A stretch of 63,764 nucleotides of DNA, counting the filler, from Basidioascus undulatus (taxonomy: Eukaryota): the NCBI GenBank assembly GCA_000826855.1. It is 6 parts of 6 records of this genome, joined end to end, with 100 filler letters (N's around TTAATTAATTAA, not from the genome) between each part and the next. Parts side by side here need not be neighbours in the genome. Positions count along the whole stretch, not along the records: positions 20,171 to 26,775 come from JTLS01001709.1; positions 26,876 to 53,951 come from JTLS01000171.1; 4 more parts are not named here. One strand, written 5' to 3'. Shown here piece by piece: positions 25,257-37,791 of the stretch. Each line of letters begins with the position of its first letter. Positions within the stretch are counted from its first letter, which is position 1. Made by a program: the position numbers and the translations under genes. The notes beneath the pieces are model-generated. The model did no database searches. It was not told the origin of the DNA and saw only the letters and a program-made list of their open reading frames with translations.

Positions 25257-25822
25257 GTTTTTTATGAGGCATAGTGCGAGAGGATGGTTGGCGATGGAGG
25301 GTCAAGAACAGGAGCAGAAGCGATGTGATAACTACCGGTGGCTATGGAGTTTGCGGACGATGTTGACGTGGCTAGTAGACGTGTGAACGGCTTCAGCGTC
25401 GGGTTCGCAATGTCGATTCGGATACCTTGCATATGGAGACGTGTTCATGAATGCGTTGAATTTGTTCGGTGAGGAAGGGGCCCACTACGAGAAGCAAAAG
25501 TCTGCAGGCAGCGCAGGGGCCCTAGGCAGGCTGCACTGACAGGTGGCGGCGGCATTGCATCGAATACGCTGGCGCTTCTACAAAATTCATTCCACCGCCG
25601 GGGCTTTCAAACATGTTGATTGTATTCATTTTAGGACTTCTGCAAGACACAGTGCAGCACTGGATGAACACCGCAGCTATGCATGCAGCTGCATGCACGT
25701 CCTGCTCGCAATGCCCTTCCGCAGACAATTCGCAATGCGGAAATCGAAATGTCTGCATAGTTCAGTATCTTCGAAGCCTAACTTCCCCCCCCGCCCCAAC
25801 CACCCCTCCAATCGCCCACCGC

Positions 25823-26775
25823 TCACCCCCTCCCCGCATCCAGCTCCACCTTGTACTCCCTAACAGCGGACAAAAAGTCCTTGTCCGCCTCCAGACCCAA
25901 GTCGAACGCACTGTAAGCGCAGCCCATCAGCGTCCTCTCCCTACCCCTTCAACGCTCTATCGAACACCGACGCACCGCAGCGTGTTCCAGAACCCAGGCC
26001 AGCCATCGACGATGCGCCGGACCTCCTCGGACTCCTGAAAGGTCACGAGCGCGCGCGCTTCGGGCCCGCCCACGGTTTCGAGGGCAGAGAGGATCTCGGT
26101 GGTTGAGACTGCGATGCCGCTGTGGGGTGGTGGGTGGATAGTGAGTCGCAAGGTATGAAAGGATGGAGGATGGGGCGTACGGCAGGTTGACAGTCCGCGT
26201 GTGCGAGGGGAACCGCTTCCCGGGCAGGGCGAGGACCTTTACGAAGTTAGTCACAACTTGGGAGGGAGCGGTGACGAATATCTTGAAGTCCTTTGCGACG
26301 GGGCAGATGGCCGGCTTGCCCTGCAGGGGCTCGCGGACTATGGAGCTGCATGTAGGTGGCGGGGAAAAGTTGAGTATGTGAGTGCGCAAGATAGAGGAAG
26401 GAGGATGGGGAATAAAAGAGGATAAGAAGAGGGAAGCACCTAGCGTAGGAGGACAGCGCGGTGTTCGGTGCGCCAGGGCGGACGGTGACGGTCGGCAGGC
26501 GCACGCTGCGTCCGTCTATCCACCCGCGGCGGGTGTACTCGTAGACGAGGCTGTACCCCGAGGGAGTCCCACATGAGTTCCACACAATACAGGAATAAAA
26601 GAGAGAGGAGAATCACGCACTACTCGCAAATGAGCTTCTCCGTCCCATAGCTCCCCTGTGGCGCAGGCAGCGTGTCGTCCTCGACCGTCTTGACGGGGCC
26701 GCCGAAGACCGCGCCCGAGGAGGTGAAGAGGAAGATTCGGAGTGCGGACCGATGTCGAGGGTGGCGGAGATAGAA
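25823..26775 (-). CDS. NAD-dependent epimerase/dehydratase (extended SDR, D-erythronate dehydrogenase DenD-like), 5' partial
   Basis: FTSSGAVFGG, PQGSYGTEKLICE (YxxxK), YTRRGWIDGRSVRLPTVTVRPG, SSIVREPLQG, RTVNLPG, IVDGWP; ends AVREYKVELDAGRG*. Confidence 0.88.
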
Positions 26776-26875
26776 NNNNNNNNNNNNNNNNNNNNNNNNN
26801 NNNNNNNNNNNNNNNNNNNTTAATTAATTAANNNNNNNNNNNNNNNNNNNNNNNNNNNNNNNNNNNNNNNNNNNN
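26776..26875. other. Artificial contig-joining spacer
   Basis: 44 N + TTAATTAATTAA + 44 N. Confidence 0.99.
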
Positions 26876-27850
26876 CCACACAGTAACAATATAGAAGGCA
26901 AAAGATGTGGATGGCGATGGGAAGTGGGGGGATGGGAGAGGAGAGGGTGGGGGGCCCCATTAATTGAGGCATGAGGGAAAAGAAAGCGTGCAGGACAGGA
27001 AGGTGGGAGAGTTGTGAGGTTGTGAGGTCGGGGGGTGTGAGCTGCGGTGTTATGGACACTAAGTATCACCCACAATCAAGGTCGCTTGTTCCCGAGTTAC
27101 ATTCTTCGTGTGGGATGCAGGCGACCAGGAGCGGGGCCCACCGACCTCATCCCTTGTCGCGAGTGGCTCCTGTACGCCTACCGTATCTGCACAACGTCAG
27201 AGTCAATGTGGTGCCTGTTCAGAGGACAAGCGGACCGGCTGACGACCACACGTTTACGATGCAGCGAGCCAGCGGGCGTGATGCAGCACGCTTCACAATT
27301 CGCTGGACATGCACGGGTGCGCAGGAGCTCGAAGTGCTGTGCACATGCAGTTTCATGGACCCGGCTCACTCAGTCTCCTACCAACCCCTACGTCCCCAAC
27401 GGGGCACACCGCGCATCTTCCTCCGCCAGGCAAAGGCCAGGCCTTCTGAACCTGCCCCAAGCAGAAGGTCTGCTGCTTGTCCGACGAGAATCCAGCGTCC
27501 TTACAGTACTGAAGACAAGGGAGTTACCGTAGAACTGAGCTTCTCCCCGCAGCGTGCAGTACGTACAGTCACAGCCGGAGTAGCGGGAGTAGCGTCGTCG
27601 CTCAGCAGAGGCGCCTCCCTCAATTGTGCAGAAATTTCATGAAGTTTCAAGATCGGCCTGATTGATGGGAGGCCTAACCTCCGATGTGCTTTCAAGCTGG
27701 TGCTTCATGCACTCGGCGCGAGCGAAAGTGCCATCGATTGATTCAGTGACAGTGACAGAAGAAGTCAAAGAGGGTAAGAAAAACAGGCCTGCTAAGGAAC
27801 ATCTAGAATCGTTTTGTGGGCCAATTATGCCTGCACCCAGAGCATGCATT

Positions 27851-28697
27851 TCAGCCAAAACCGTCGCGCAGGTAACAATCCCCACCCGCACTCCCACTTC
27901 TCCTCGAGCCGAGCCCATGCCTGCTTTCAACCCCGCGCTCTCCTCCAACCACCTCCCTCGTACGCGCCGAATCCGCGTCACTCAGTTCCTCCAGCTCAAC
28001 AATCATTTGGACACGCGCCGGTACGGTAAGCAGCGCCGTACCGAGCTCCTCTTTCGCCCCGTCATTGTACAACAGATCTGAAACGTTGAGCTGCTCAAGC
28101 GCGCTATTCTTGGCAATAAAAAGTATTTCCTCTACGTCGTCTTCATCCACTCAGCTCTCAAATGAAAACGTGCGCAAGCGCGCCTGGCGTAGATGCTGTG
28201 CGTGGCGCGTCAGGTCTTGCACTGCTGAAAGCAAAGAAACTGCAGCCCACGCCAGTTCTCGATGAACAGCGCGAAAGCCTCATGGAATTAGTCCTCGTTG
28301 GTCCAAAAAAACCCCGAAGAGGACGTGAACTGGTAGGGCCTCAGGCGGATAAGGGCGCGAGTCAACTCCAGCACGGCAGACGTGGTGAAGAGCACTTCGC
28401 TCTCAGAGTGGAAGGAGAGCGCCGGGTGGTCTACGGCTGAAGCGCCGGGTGATATCCGAGATGGGCTCTTCGGCACTGCCGATATCGAGCTAGAGGGCCC
28501 GGACGAGGCGGCCGATGTCAGGGCGGAGCTCCAGCATCGCGCTGAAGGGTGCCAGGTGCGCAGGCGTCTCAAGGCTGATGTCGTTGAAGACGATCGGGTT
28601 GAGGATGGCCTCGAATGCCCGGTTGACGCGGCGGATGGCGAGGAGAAAGCGGCGTTCGTTGTCGTTGAACTCGATGGTGGGCGAGTCGTCTCGCCAT
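27851..28697 (-). pseudogene. F-box(-LRR)-like protein remnant
   Basis: RRFLLAIRRVNRAFEAILNPIVFNDISL..FSAMLELRPDIGRLVRAL*LDI is the typical region just after the F-box in basidiomycete F-box proteins. TAG at 28490-28492 plus further stops and frameshifts; no 5' end. Confidence 0.6.
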
Positions 28698-29325
28698 GAC
28701 CGCGCTCGTTGCGCTGGGGCGCTTTCTGCGACTTTCCCAAAGAGGTCGGACAGGCTTTCAAGGCCCTAGCTGATCTCTACGTCAACGGCACTGGCCCTCC
28801 GGTAGTCGAGGTCCTGTTGCTGCGGCGGCCTTCAATCGAAGACGAGTACATCACGAAGGCCAAAGAGGTCGTCAGCGGCAAACTCGGCGGATTTCTTGCC
28901 CTCGACTTCACCGAGCCCGCACAGCGCGTCCTTTCGGGCTGCCTTTTTCTGGAGAAGGGTGCCGCATCCGTGACGATACCATACACCCCGGGTCGGGACT
29001 TGTTCATGCCCAATCATGACCTTCAGGATATCGATCAGGAATGTGCCTCGCGCGCCGCCCCCCATGATTTGGCGAGCCCCTAATGCTGTCCTACGTCGAC
29101 ATGCTCATCCGCGGCTACCACAGTAATCTCTGGTTCCAGTACGATTTCGACCATCACAACCCGCCTCTGCGCCTGACCAGTCTTGCCCGCACGCTGCTTA
29201 AGATCGCGCGTCTTGGGCATCCACGCTAGACCATGATCATCTTCATGCGCGCCGTGCAACCTGCTCATGTCAAAACTTGTGTCACCTCGACATCCCCGAA
29301 AGTAGTGTGCAAAGTTGCTGAATAC

Positions 29326-29446
29326 ATGACCTCGTACCTTCCTCGCTGCGAGGTGATGATGCTCTGCACCCGGACGTGCATGCGCTGCAAGGGAGTTGCG
29401 TACTGTTGCGTGGAGCACCAGAGCTGATTGACCGAAGCATAAAGAG
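29326..29446 (+). pseudogene. MYND-type zinc finger remnant
   Basis: PRCEV..TCMRCKGVAYCCVEHQ, then a frameshifted AD*PKHKE (TGA at 29429-29431 in place of the conserved Trp), followed by a GTGAG donor. Confidence 0.6.
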
Positions 29447-30573
29447 GTGAGGTGGATTGCCTGACTATGTTGTCCAGTCACATACAGGCTGACCGGGTAG
29501 TTCTGAAATGAGTGGTGCAACGCGAACGGGCTTGACGCTTGAACGGTCTGAAGTGGCGCATGGTGTAAAACATTCGAAGTCATTCTACTTTGCCGACCGA
29601 TGTTGTTATAGTTTCACTGGACTTTAATGGTTGGCTCAGAGGGTGTAATCATATGGTGGTGTTGCATATGCGAACGAGGAGAAGTCTGCTCGGCAATTGT
29701 CCTCCGCTATACACCGCCCTTGCCAGTCAGCTATCTCGATTACACGTGTTAGAGCTGCCCAGGCTGACGGCGCTGCACCCCGAGCTAAGTGAGTTCTTTC
29801 TCTTTAGAACTTTTACTGTGACTGCACAACGGGTAGGTACTCACGAAATCGACACGCATCTGGACCGGGCGAGCTCTTCCGTCTGGCGCAGAAGAACTGC
29901 ATCGAACGCCCGGGGAAGGCGGAGCGCGGTGAGGCCCTTTCCCCCTCTCGCCTTCCAGATGTAGCTTGCGCTGACATGGGTATTGGGTGCCCGTTTGAAA
30001 GACAGAGCGTTCCAAAAGGGGCTTGAGGAGCTCAGGAGCGGACGGCTGACGCCTCTGTACACGTCCTTTCGAAGGTCAAAGCCGCTGCGCTTGATCACGC
30101 TGCAAGCGTCGACTTGTTCTTGGCCGCAGCGGGGAGCGGGTGTTCTCCAGGTCTGCACAGCGACGGCACGGCGTCAGCTGGGAAGGAGTGGGATTTTCCC
30201 TCTGTAAAATGTGATAGAGAAATTTGGGAAAGCCCAAGACGTACCCTTCATGAACTTACGGACGAGGTCGTCGCCAAGCCGGTACCAGTTCCCATCGTCG
30301 GCAAGCCACACCTGCCCATAGGCGCATTCATCATTCCCCATCTCCAAAACGCTGCGGTGCGTGATCAACCTTCAACCGCCTGACGAGCAATACCTACCCG
30401 CAGCGCATATCACAGTACTTGAACGCGATATATGATCGTAAGCCAAACAAGTGCGAGGGTATCAACGATGGGTTTTCAACCATCAACCAAAACCACAAAA
30501 TCGAACGCGAAAAGTCAAGTCATGATCCCCCCACCTCCCTTCTCCCTCCCCTCCCTCTCCTCTTCTCCCTCCT

Positions 30574-32554
30574 CTACTTCCCCTCCACCCCCGCCCCCGC
30601 CTCAACAGCGCCCATCAGCGCCTGCCCGACGCGGACCTTCTCGCCTGCGCCGACTTTGAACTCGAACTCCTCGGGCGCCTCATAAACGAGGACGATAGTG
30701 CTGCCAAGGCAGAAGCCGCCCATCTCCTCGCCCGGCGCGAGCGGCTGGCCCCCCAGCAGGCGGGAGGCGTTCGCGTACACTGCCTCGGTGAACGCGCCTG
30801 TGCGCGGGGGGCGGCGGCCGGTGTTGGTGCGGAGTTCCTGGGCAGGGAGGAGGGATGTCAGTTCGGGAAGGTATGGCGAGACCGGGCGAGGGAGATTGGA
30901 GAAGGAGAAGGGAATTTGGGAGTGAAGGGAAGGAGGAGACGTACCTTGTCGAAGTTGAGCAAGATCGAACCGACGTTGGTTGCGCCCACGGGCGTCATGC
31001 TGAAGAAGCCGTAGCGCCAGCGGCCGAGGAGGGCGACGCGCTCGTTGAGGACGAAGAGGTTCGGCAGGCGCGCGGCCATCCAGGGCGAGACGGAGAAGAG
31101 GTCGCCTGTTTCCTCCGCATAATCCATCCATCCCATACATCAGCGTCTGCTCCCTCCCTCCCATCCACCCAGCACAGAAGCCGGGGCAAAGAAACGGGGG
31201 TCGACGCACCAGCGAAATGCCTCCTGCGCTCAGCGACCCACGCGACGGGGCTATGGAACCGGTGGTAATCCCCAGGGGCGAGGTAGATAACCGCGAAGAA
31301 GAGCTTGTTCCCCGGCCCAGGGACAGGCTGCTTCCCCTCCGCGCCGGGGAAGTACGGCAGCGCAGCCGGGCCAAGCTCGACCGCGACAGACGCGTCATGC
31401 TTGATGTGCTCCGCGTCCGCGCCCTGCTCGACGGCCGCGTCCTCGTGCTCCGCCTGCTCCTGCGCGCGCGAGTCCGCGCCGAGGAGCCGGTCGAGCGAGT
31501 ACTCGATCCCGTTCACGTTCGCAAACTCCTCGTCTGCGACGAGCTCGTGGTCTGCGTCCTTGTCCGCGCGGTTGAAGGGTATCGCGGCGCCGGGGGTCAA
31601 GGACGTCTTTCCCAGCCCGAGCAAAGCGTCCAGCGAGTAGGTGATCCCCTTCACTTGCTCGACTTTCGAACCGGTTATCGTCCCGAAGTGGAGGAGGCGG
31701 CCATCGGCTGGTGAGACCTGTCATACCACACACCCCACATCGTCAGTCTCGCTAGTGAACATGACAGGAAGACAGCGCAGGAGCGGGATGAAGACGCAGA
31801 CCCACCACAGGCGCATCGGCGATAGGGCGCGCACCCGGGCGGAGCTTGCGGTAGAAGAACACGCCGAGGGACGGGTAGGAGGTCAGGTCCGCATGCTCGA
31901 TCTCGTTGATGTCGCAGCCGAAGATCCACGCGTAGAGGCGGAAGCCCGCGGGCCGCGCCCAGACGGGGATCTCGAGGCTGTTGAGGTACCCCCAGAGCCG
32001 GGAGAGCTGGCGCAGCGGGAGGGCGCCGATGACGTGCACCTGTGCGTTGGGAGAACAGAGTGAGGAGGAGGAGATGGGGGAAGGGATGGAAGAGGGAGGG
32101 AGGAGAGGGGAAGGACGAACCTGCCACGGCCCCTGCACCTTGAGCACCTGCCCATCAACAACGACTTCCGGCTCGCGCGCCGCATTCTTGCGGTACGAGA
32201 GGAAGGCGAGGAGTGCCGCGCCGAGTCCGAACGGTAGGGGGTACCAAGTGGTGGGTGTGTTCTTCCACGCGTGCTTCAGGCGGGCTGTCCACCCACCCCC
32301 ACAAATCAGCTCATCCCTCCCTTCCTTCACTCGCTTGCGGACGTACTGCGCAGAGGTTCACGGGGGTGCGAGTCGCCCGGCCCGCCAGTGGCCTGCGAGC
32401 GCCAGCGGCGCGCAGAGAAGCGGAAGTACCGCGTTTGGTGGGCGTGCGGGTGCGGGTGAGGATGGGCGGAGGGCGAGGGCAGCGGGGAAGAGGGCAGGGA
32501 CTGGGTGCCTGCGCGCCGGCGGAGGCGCGCGGGCATGCGGTAGCCGAGGGGCAT
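30574..32554 (-). CDS. PSD1: Mitochondrial phosphatidylserine decarboxylase proenzyme 1
   Basis: [82 protein letters not shown] (LGST autocleavage motif). Confidence 0.96.
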
Positions 32555-33326
32555 GGCGTTGTCCCCGACGGTGTTTGTGGCAAGGTTGAGGGTGGTAGAA
32601 AGAAGAGGAGGGGAGGAAAGAGAGAAAGAAAGAGAGGAGAGGGAGAAAGGCAAAGAGCAACTACCGGCACGCGACCGTTCCCACGAAGCCTGCTGGCGGA
32701 CAGAGGCCAGGCGGAAGGCAGCGAGCGTTCCTCGAAACCGAGATGGCCTGAGCTCAGACTCGCTTGTCGCGGATCTTTAATTGTGCGTGAGAAAGGTTGT
32801 GAAAGGCCTTGGATCGATGTTGTTTGCATCAAATCAATCGTTAAACAGCTTGAAGCGGTCTGGGTGCTGTATTCGTGAAGCGGGGCGCAGTTTGAAGGCG
32901 ACCTGAGAAGGCGGGTGGACACCGACTGTGTGGATTGGCAAACAACGTGTTTGTTCACCACCAACCGCCTCAATTCATTTTGTCAAATCAATGAATCCTC
33001 ACGACAATGCTTGTAATTGTCCCCAAGCTGTCTATTCACGGTTAGTAAGAGCGTGCAACCGTCACAAACCTCAGCGCCTCGACTTGATGACGGAATTTTC
33101 GAGTCCGCCGACGTCCGCTGGCTCTGCCCGCTCCAAGCTGCTGCGCGCGTCTTGCTCTTGCGTCTCTGCCCTCTGCCTCGCCCTCCTCACTCGCACTTGC
33201 ACACGCACGCACACGACTCTTTCACGATCTCTTGTGCGCCCTCACTTCCTACCCATTCTTCCTCCACACGTACTCATCGCTTTGACTTTGTTTGGAAGCA
33301 GACAACCCCCACAAGTTACTTCCACG

Positions 33327-34574
33327 ATGTCGCAGCAACAGGCCGTTGACAAGGTCAGTCCCGGCTCCCTCGACTGCTCGCTCTCGTTCGCGACTCCACT
33401 CAACACGTTTGCTGACGCCTTTTTACGACGAACGCGGACGCAAACAGCTCAACTACTACCTCGCCCAGGTGTGTTTCGAGCCTCATGCCGCTGGGGGGAC
33501 CGTCACCGTTCACCGTCGACTGACTCCTCCCACCTTATCGCTCCCCCTCCCTCCCGTAGATCGACAAGAGCGTCAGTTCCCCCTCCTTCCTCCCTCCCCT
33601 CCCCCAAATGCCCCTCCTCGCAAACGCACCCGCATCTCCCCCTCCTACCCCGTCATGTCTACCAGCCCGCTCAGCAGTGACAAGCATACTGAATACCTCG
33701 TCGCCTTCGACCAACAGCTGAGCCAATACCCGCAGCTCAACAAGGTACGAGCCTTCCCCTCCTCCCACCTCTCCCCTCGCCGCGCTAACTCCTTCCCTCT
33801 CCGCTCTCGGGAATGCCAGCTCGAGAAGCAGACGGGCGTGCCCAAGGCGTACGTCGTCCCCGCCGTCGCCGCGCTCTTCTTCGTCTTCATCTTCTTCAAC
33901 ATCGTGCGTTCCCCCCCACTCCTCATCTCCCTCTCCTCCGCTGGCGGTGCGCGGAGCTGACACCGAGTGCTTGGTGCGCGCGATGCAGGGCGCCGGCTTC
34001 CTGAGCAACTTTGTCGGGTACGCGCTCCCCGCGTACTGGGCGATCCAGGCCATCGAGTCGCCCAAGTCGGAGGATGACGTCCAATGGTGCGTCGTGCCTG
34101 AAGTCTGTTTCTTCGACTTGCTCGCGGTCTGACGTGATGCAATCGCCCGGCGAAGGCTCACCTACTTCGTCGTCTTCTCCTTCATGACCTTCGCCGAGTC
34201 CCTCATCTCGATCGTCAACTACGTATCTCCCATCCCCTCCCTCCCCTCTCCCACCTCTCCGCACATCCCACCTCTCCGCACATCCCACTAACCCACCCTC
34301 CCGCCTTAGTTCCCCTTCTACTACCTCTTCAAGTCCGTCCCCCCTCCCCCTTCTCCCTCCCTCGCGGAATAGTGACCGACTGACAATGTGGGACGGGGGG
34401 AACAGGGTCGGCTTCCTCGTCTGGCTCCAGCTCCCGCAGACGCAGGGCGCCAAGACGCTCTACAAGTCCTTCCTCCGTCCCGTCTTCTTCCAGTCCTCGC
34501 GCGCGTCCCACTCGTCCACCTCGACCGTCTCCGCCGACGACCTCCGCGCCAAGGCGGCGTCGACTACCGAGTAA
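33327..34574 (+). CDS. YOP1: ER-shaping protein Yop1 (REEP/DP1, TB2/DP1 HVA22 family), 9 exons
   Basis: MSQQQAVDK|LNYYLAQ|IDKS|LSQYPQLNK|LEKQTGVPKAY..|..PAYWAIQAIESPKSEDDVQW|LTYFVVFSF..|FPFYYLFK|..WLQLPQTQGAKTLY. Confidence 0.95.
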
Positions 34575-35203
34575 AGCGCCGGCACCCGCGCGCGCTCGCG
34601 CTCCGTTCTTTCGCTCCGCTCGGCGTGTCTCGCTGCCGGTAGGGCACACGGTGTTCCGACTATAAACGCTCCTCCCCCCCAACACACAAATTGCTTGTTT
34701 TCTTCTTCCCTGCACTTCTTTCTCTCTCCAAGCTTTGACGTCTTTTCTCTTCCCAAGCTTCAGAAACCCCGCTGGTCTGGTGTTGGGCTTTCCTAGCCGT
34801 GTCTGATACGATACGAAACATTTGAACACACGCGCTTGTTACGCTGGCTCGTTTGGCTGTCGTGCGCGGCCGGGTTTCCGTGATAGTTAGAAAGTGCGTG
34901 GCGCGCTGTAACTGTTTTTCGTCTGAGATGACTTGACATTCAAACGCTGCGACAAGGTACAGAGATGTGTGTCATGCTACATCGTTCAAACCGGACAAAC
35001 GCAAAGATCATTGCACCTTCACAGTGGTAACCCAAGCTCGCTAGCTGGCGCCCGCCCTGGGCTGCCAAAGCTGGGGCGCGAGCAGCAGTTGAAGCAGACG
35101 ACACAGTCCTGGACCGGGCAGCCATACCAATACCGGGGAACTGAAGGGCGGGAGGATGCCCGGCGGGAGGGTGTACGCGGCAGATCTGCGGCTATAGGGG
35201 GTG

Positions 35204-35398
35204 TCACTGTATTGGGGTGAGGGATATAGATAAGGTGAGTGAGCACTGGAGGCAGTAGATGATAGGGGGGGTTGGCGGAGGAGGCTGATCTAGTTTTTGA
35301 GGAGCGGGGGAGGCGGACACTGCGCTGAAGGGGAGCGCGCTGAGAAGTGTGAGGAGGGCGAGGAGCCTGACGTTTGGGGTAGAGAGGTGGCTGCTCAT
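35204..35398 (-). CDS. Putative small secreted Pro/Cys-containing protein (3' structure uncertain)
   Basis: MSSHLSTPNVRLLALLTLLSALPFSAVSASPAPQ signal peptide; a Cys-rich segment (GCPVQDCVVCFNCC) lies downstream in another frame. Confidence 0.35.
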   Translation of the reverse strand: MSSHLSTPNVRLLALLTLLSALPFSAVSASPAPQKLDQPPPPTPPIIYCLQCSLTLSISLTPIQ

Positions 35399-36773
35399 CT
35401 TGGATGGCTTTGAGCATAGGGAAGAGAGCACACTGTCGGTTGATTGCCTATGGCGGGACTGAGATGCCGCGAGTCGTGGCCCGGGAAACAGGTTCAGTCC
35501 CGACTCGGGCGAGGGGCAGGATACGAACCGGTGCATGCGACAGCAGGCTATTTGTCTGGCAAGTTTTAATCGGACGATACACAGGAGTATTCATACTATG
35601 ATTCATCTTTGTGCAGCAGAAGAAAATAAACGTGACATCCCCGCCGGTGAATGCGCCAACTGCAGTAGTGCTTGCCGTTCAGCGTGCGCTCTCATAGAGC
35701 CTCGCGGAACTCGGCGCGTATGGGATATACGCCCAAAGTAAGCTATATGTGATTGGTACGCCTCCCTTGCATACAGGTAAAAGCCACTCACTTACCCTGA
35801 CTCTTATCAAGCAGCGGGGTAGAGGGCCCGGAGGGCCGACCCCGGGCCTCCCACCCAAAGCCATCCCCGAAAGGTGGGGAGGCAGCTGAGGCACGTAGGA
35901 CAGGTTGGGAAAAACGGACGGGGGGGAGGGATGGGTATTGGGCAGGGGAGGCGCGGGAATGAAGTCCAATGCCGGGTCTGCTGGGCAGGAAGAGACCAGG
36001 GAATCCGCCGGCGGACGACGGTGCTCCGATACCGGTGGCTGCGTCGGGAAGTTGTAGACGAGCATACTGCAGGATGTAACTGAAGAGCGTTAGATAATTA
36101 TGGGAACGTACCCTGAGGAGCAGGGGCCGCTGACACCACGCTGAATGCGCCGAGGAGGGCGAGAAGAGCGCTGCCTGTGGTGATTGTGAAGATGTGCCTC
36201 GTCGGTGATGGCTCTGGTGGATTTGACGGATCAAGGGGAAGATACAGATCGACTTCCACATTGATCTCAGCTTTTATGCGTGAGTGGGACGGGAGCGCTG
36301 CAACTGCGCCGCCAACTCGTGCCCGGGAAACAACCTCACTCCCGGCCACGGCGCGGGGATGACACACATTGGAAATGGCTATCTTCTTTCAGGTTGTGTC
36401 CTTCTCAAGTGCTCCTGCTCGATGAATTCAGCATGCCTCTGCACTCTGGGACTGGCACGCAGATGGTAGCAGAACCGGCAGGGCTGCACGAGCAGACGGC
36501 GCGCCCCCCATATAGGTCAGACTCGAGCGTTAACTAGAGAAATGGGCGGCCAGAATCACAAAACAAACCGCGTGTGGAGCTGAAATAACATTTCGCAACT
36601 TGCTTGAATGCAGGCCCTCCACATCTCGGGCATTCACCGGTAAAAATGAACCGTCGAGCCGGACGATCGCGAGGGAGCTTGAGAGAGCAGCACCTCCGTC
36701 ATTGTTCTTTTTCCTCGTCTTACCGCCATTTCTTCACCTGTCGACTTCATCCTGCCCATTCCACAACAAAGTC

Positions 36774-37635
36774 ATGGCACCTCTCACTACATCCGACTTG
36801 CAAGCGATGTTCCAAGGTCTGGCGGATGGGAACGCCCAGGCGTTCATGCAGAACGTGGACGAGAACGTGCAGTTCGTCCCACCCATCCTATTTCTTCTCC
36901 AAGCTTTGGCTGATGCAAACTGGTGCACCGCGAGGAAGGTGGGACGTAACCAACCCGGATCCCAAATCTAAGGTGAGTGGGAAGGTGACCTGAAACACGT
37001 GTGTTGACAACAGGGCATCCTGCAGAGCCACCCGTTGGCTGGGCATTATACGACTCGAGAAGCGTTTGTTCAGGGAGCACTTGCTCCGCTCGGTCAAAAG
37101 CTTGCGGTAGGCTGACTTTTGCCCTTCGTCAGCTGTGCCTATGAGCTGGGACTCAGGCCTATGGGTGGTGTGTCTGCACAGGAACCCCTCCGAGTGGTTG
37201 TCGCACAGGAGCCAATCGTCAGTGGACAGTGGGCTGTCGTGGAGCTACAGTGAGTTAAGGCTTCACACTGACTGGAAGTTTGTTTTAGAGCTTACCAGCA
37301 CTTCGGTCTTTTGCTACAGGGCAAAGACAGCCGATGGCAACGTTCCCCAGGGCAAGAACGGGAAGCGATTTGACAATCGGCAAGTATTGCTAGTGCTCTG
37401 TGTGGCTCGTCGGACGCACTCAACTAAAGCACTGTGGCCTTTCAAATTAAACGACGTAGTTATGCCTGGATACTCCGTGTTGACAAGTCTACTGGCAAGA
37501 TTGTAGAGGTAAGCCAACCGCAGCAACGTCAGAAGCCACTTCGCTGCTGACTGGTACGCTGACTGTGATGACGGACGGACGGGATAGGTCCGCGCCTATT
37601 TGGACTCGGCTGCAGTTAGAGATGTGTTCGAGTAG
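36774..37635 (+). CDS. SnoaL/NTF2-like (ketosteroid isomerase-like) protein, 7 exons
   Basis: FQGLADGNAQAFMQNVDENVQ|W.., SHPLAGHY, GQWAVVEL, KNGKRFDNR|YAWILRV..GKIVE|VRAYLDSA; includes a GC-AG intron at 37380-37459. Confidence 0.88.
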
Positions 37636-37791
37636 GCACTGCGCGACGAAGACGAGAATGGGCTCATATTGAAAGCGCTATGATGGATAAATGAAGTCCC
37701 ATTGCGCACACACAGTGGACGCGGCATAAGCTTGTCTGGCATGAACCCGGTTTGTATCGAGCATCCACACTTTCGTTTACACTTCTTTGCA

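Noticed and set aside
25680..25697. Perfect 18-bp palindrome TGCATGCAGCTGCATGCA
   Set aside because: One such palindrome in 64 kb is plausible by chance, and it has no associated feature.
25823..26775. DenD-like gene as a recent bacterial horizontal transfer
   Set aside because: It has several spliceosomal introns and host-like GC, and the family is widespread in fungi.
34250..34288. 17-nt tandem duplication (CCCACCTCTCCGCACAT x2) in a YOP1 intron
   Set aside because: Ordinary slippage in a pyrimidine-rich intron.
37633..37683. Possible TAG read-through extension of the SnoaL-like gene ending in ..ILKAL*
   Set aside because: No read-through context, and KAL is not a canonical PTS1.
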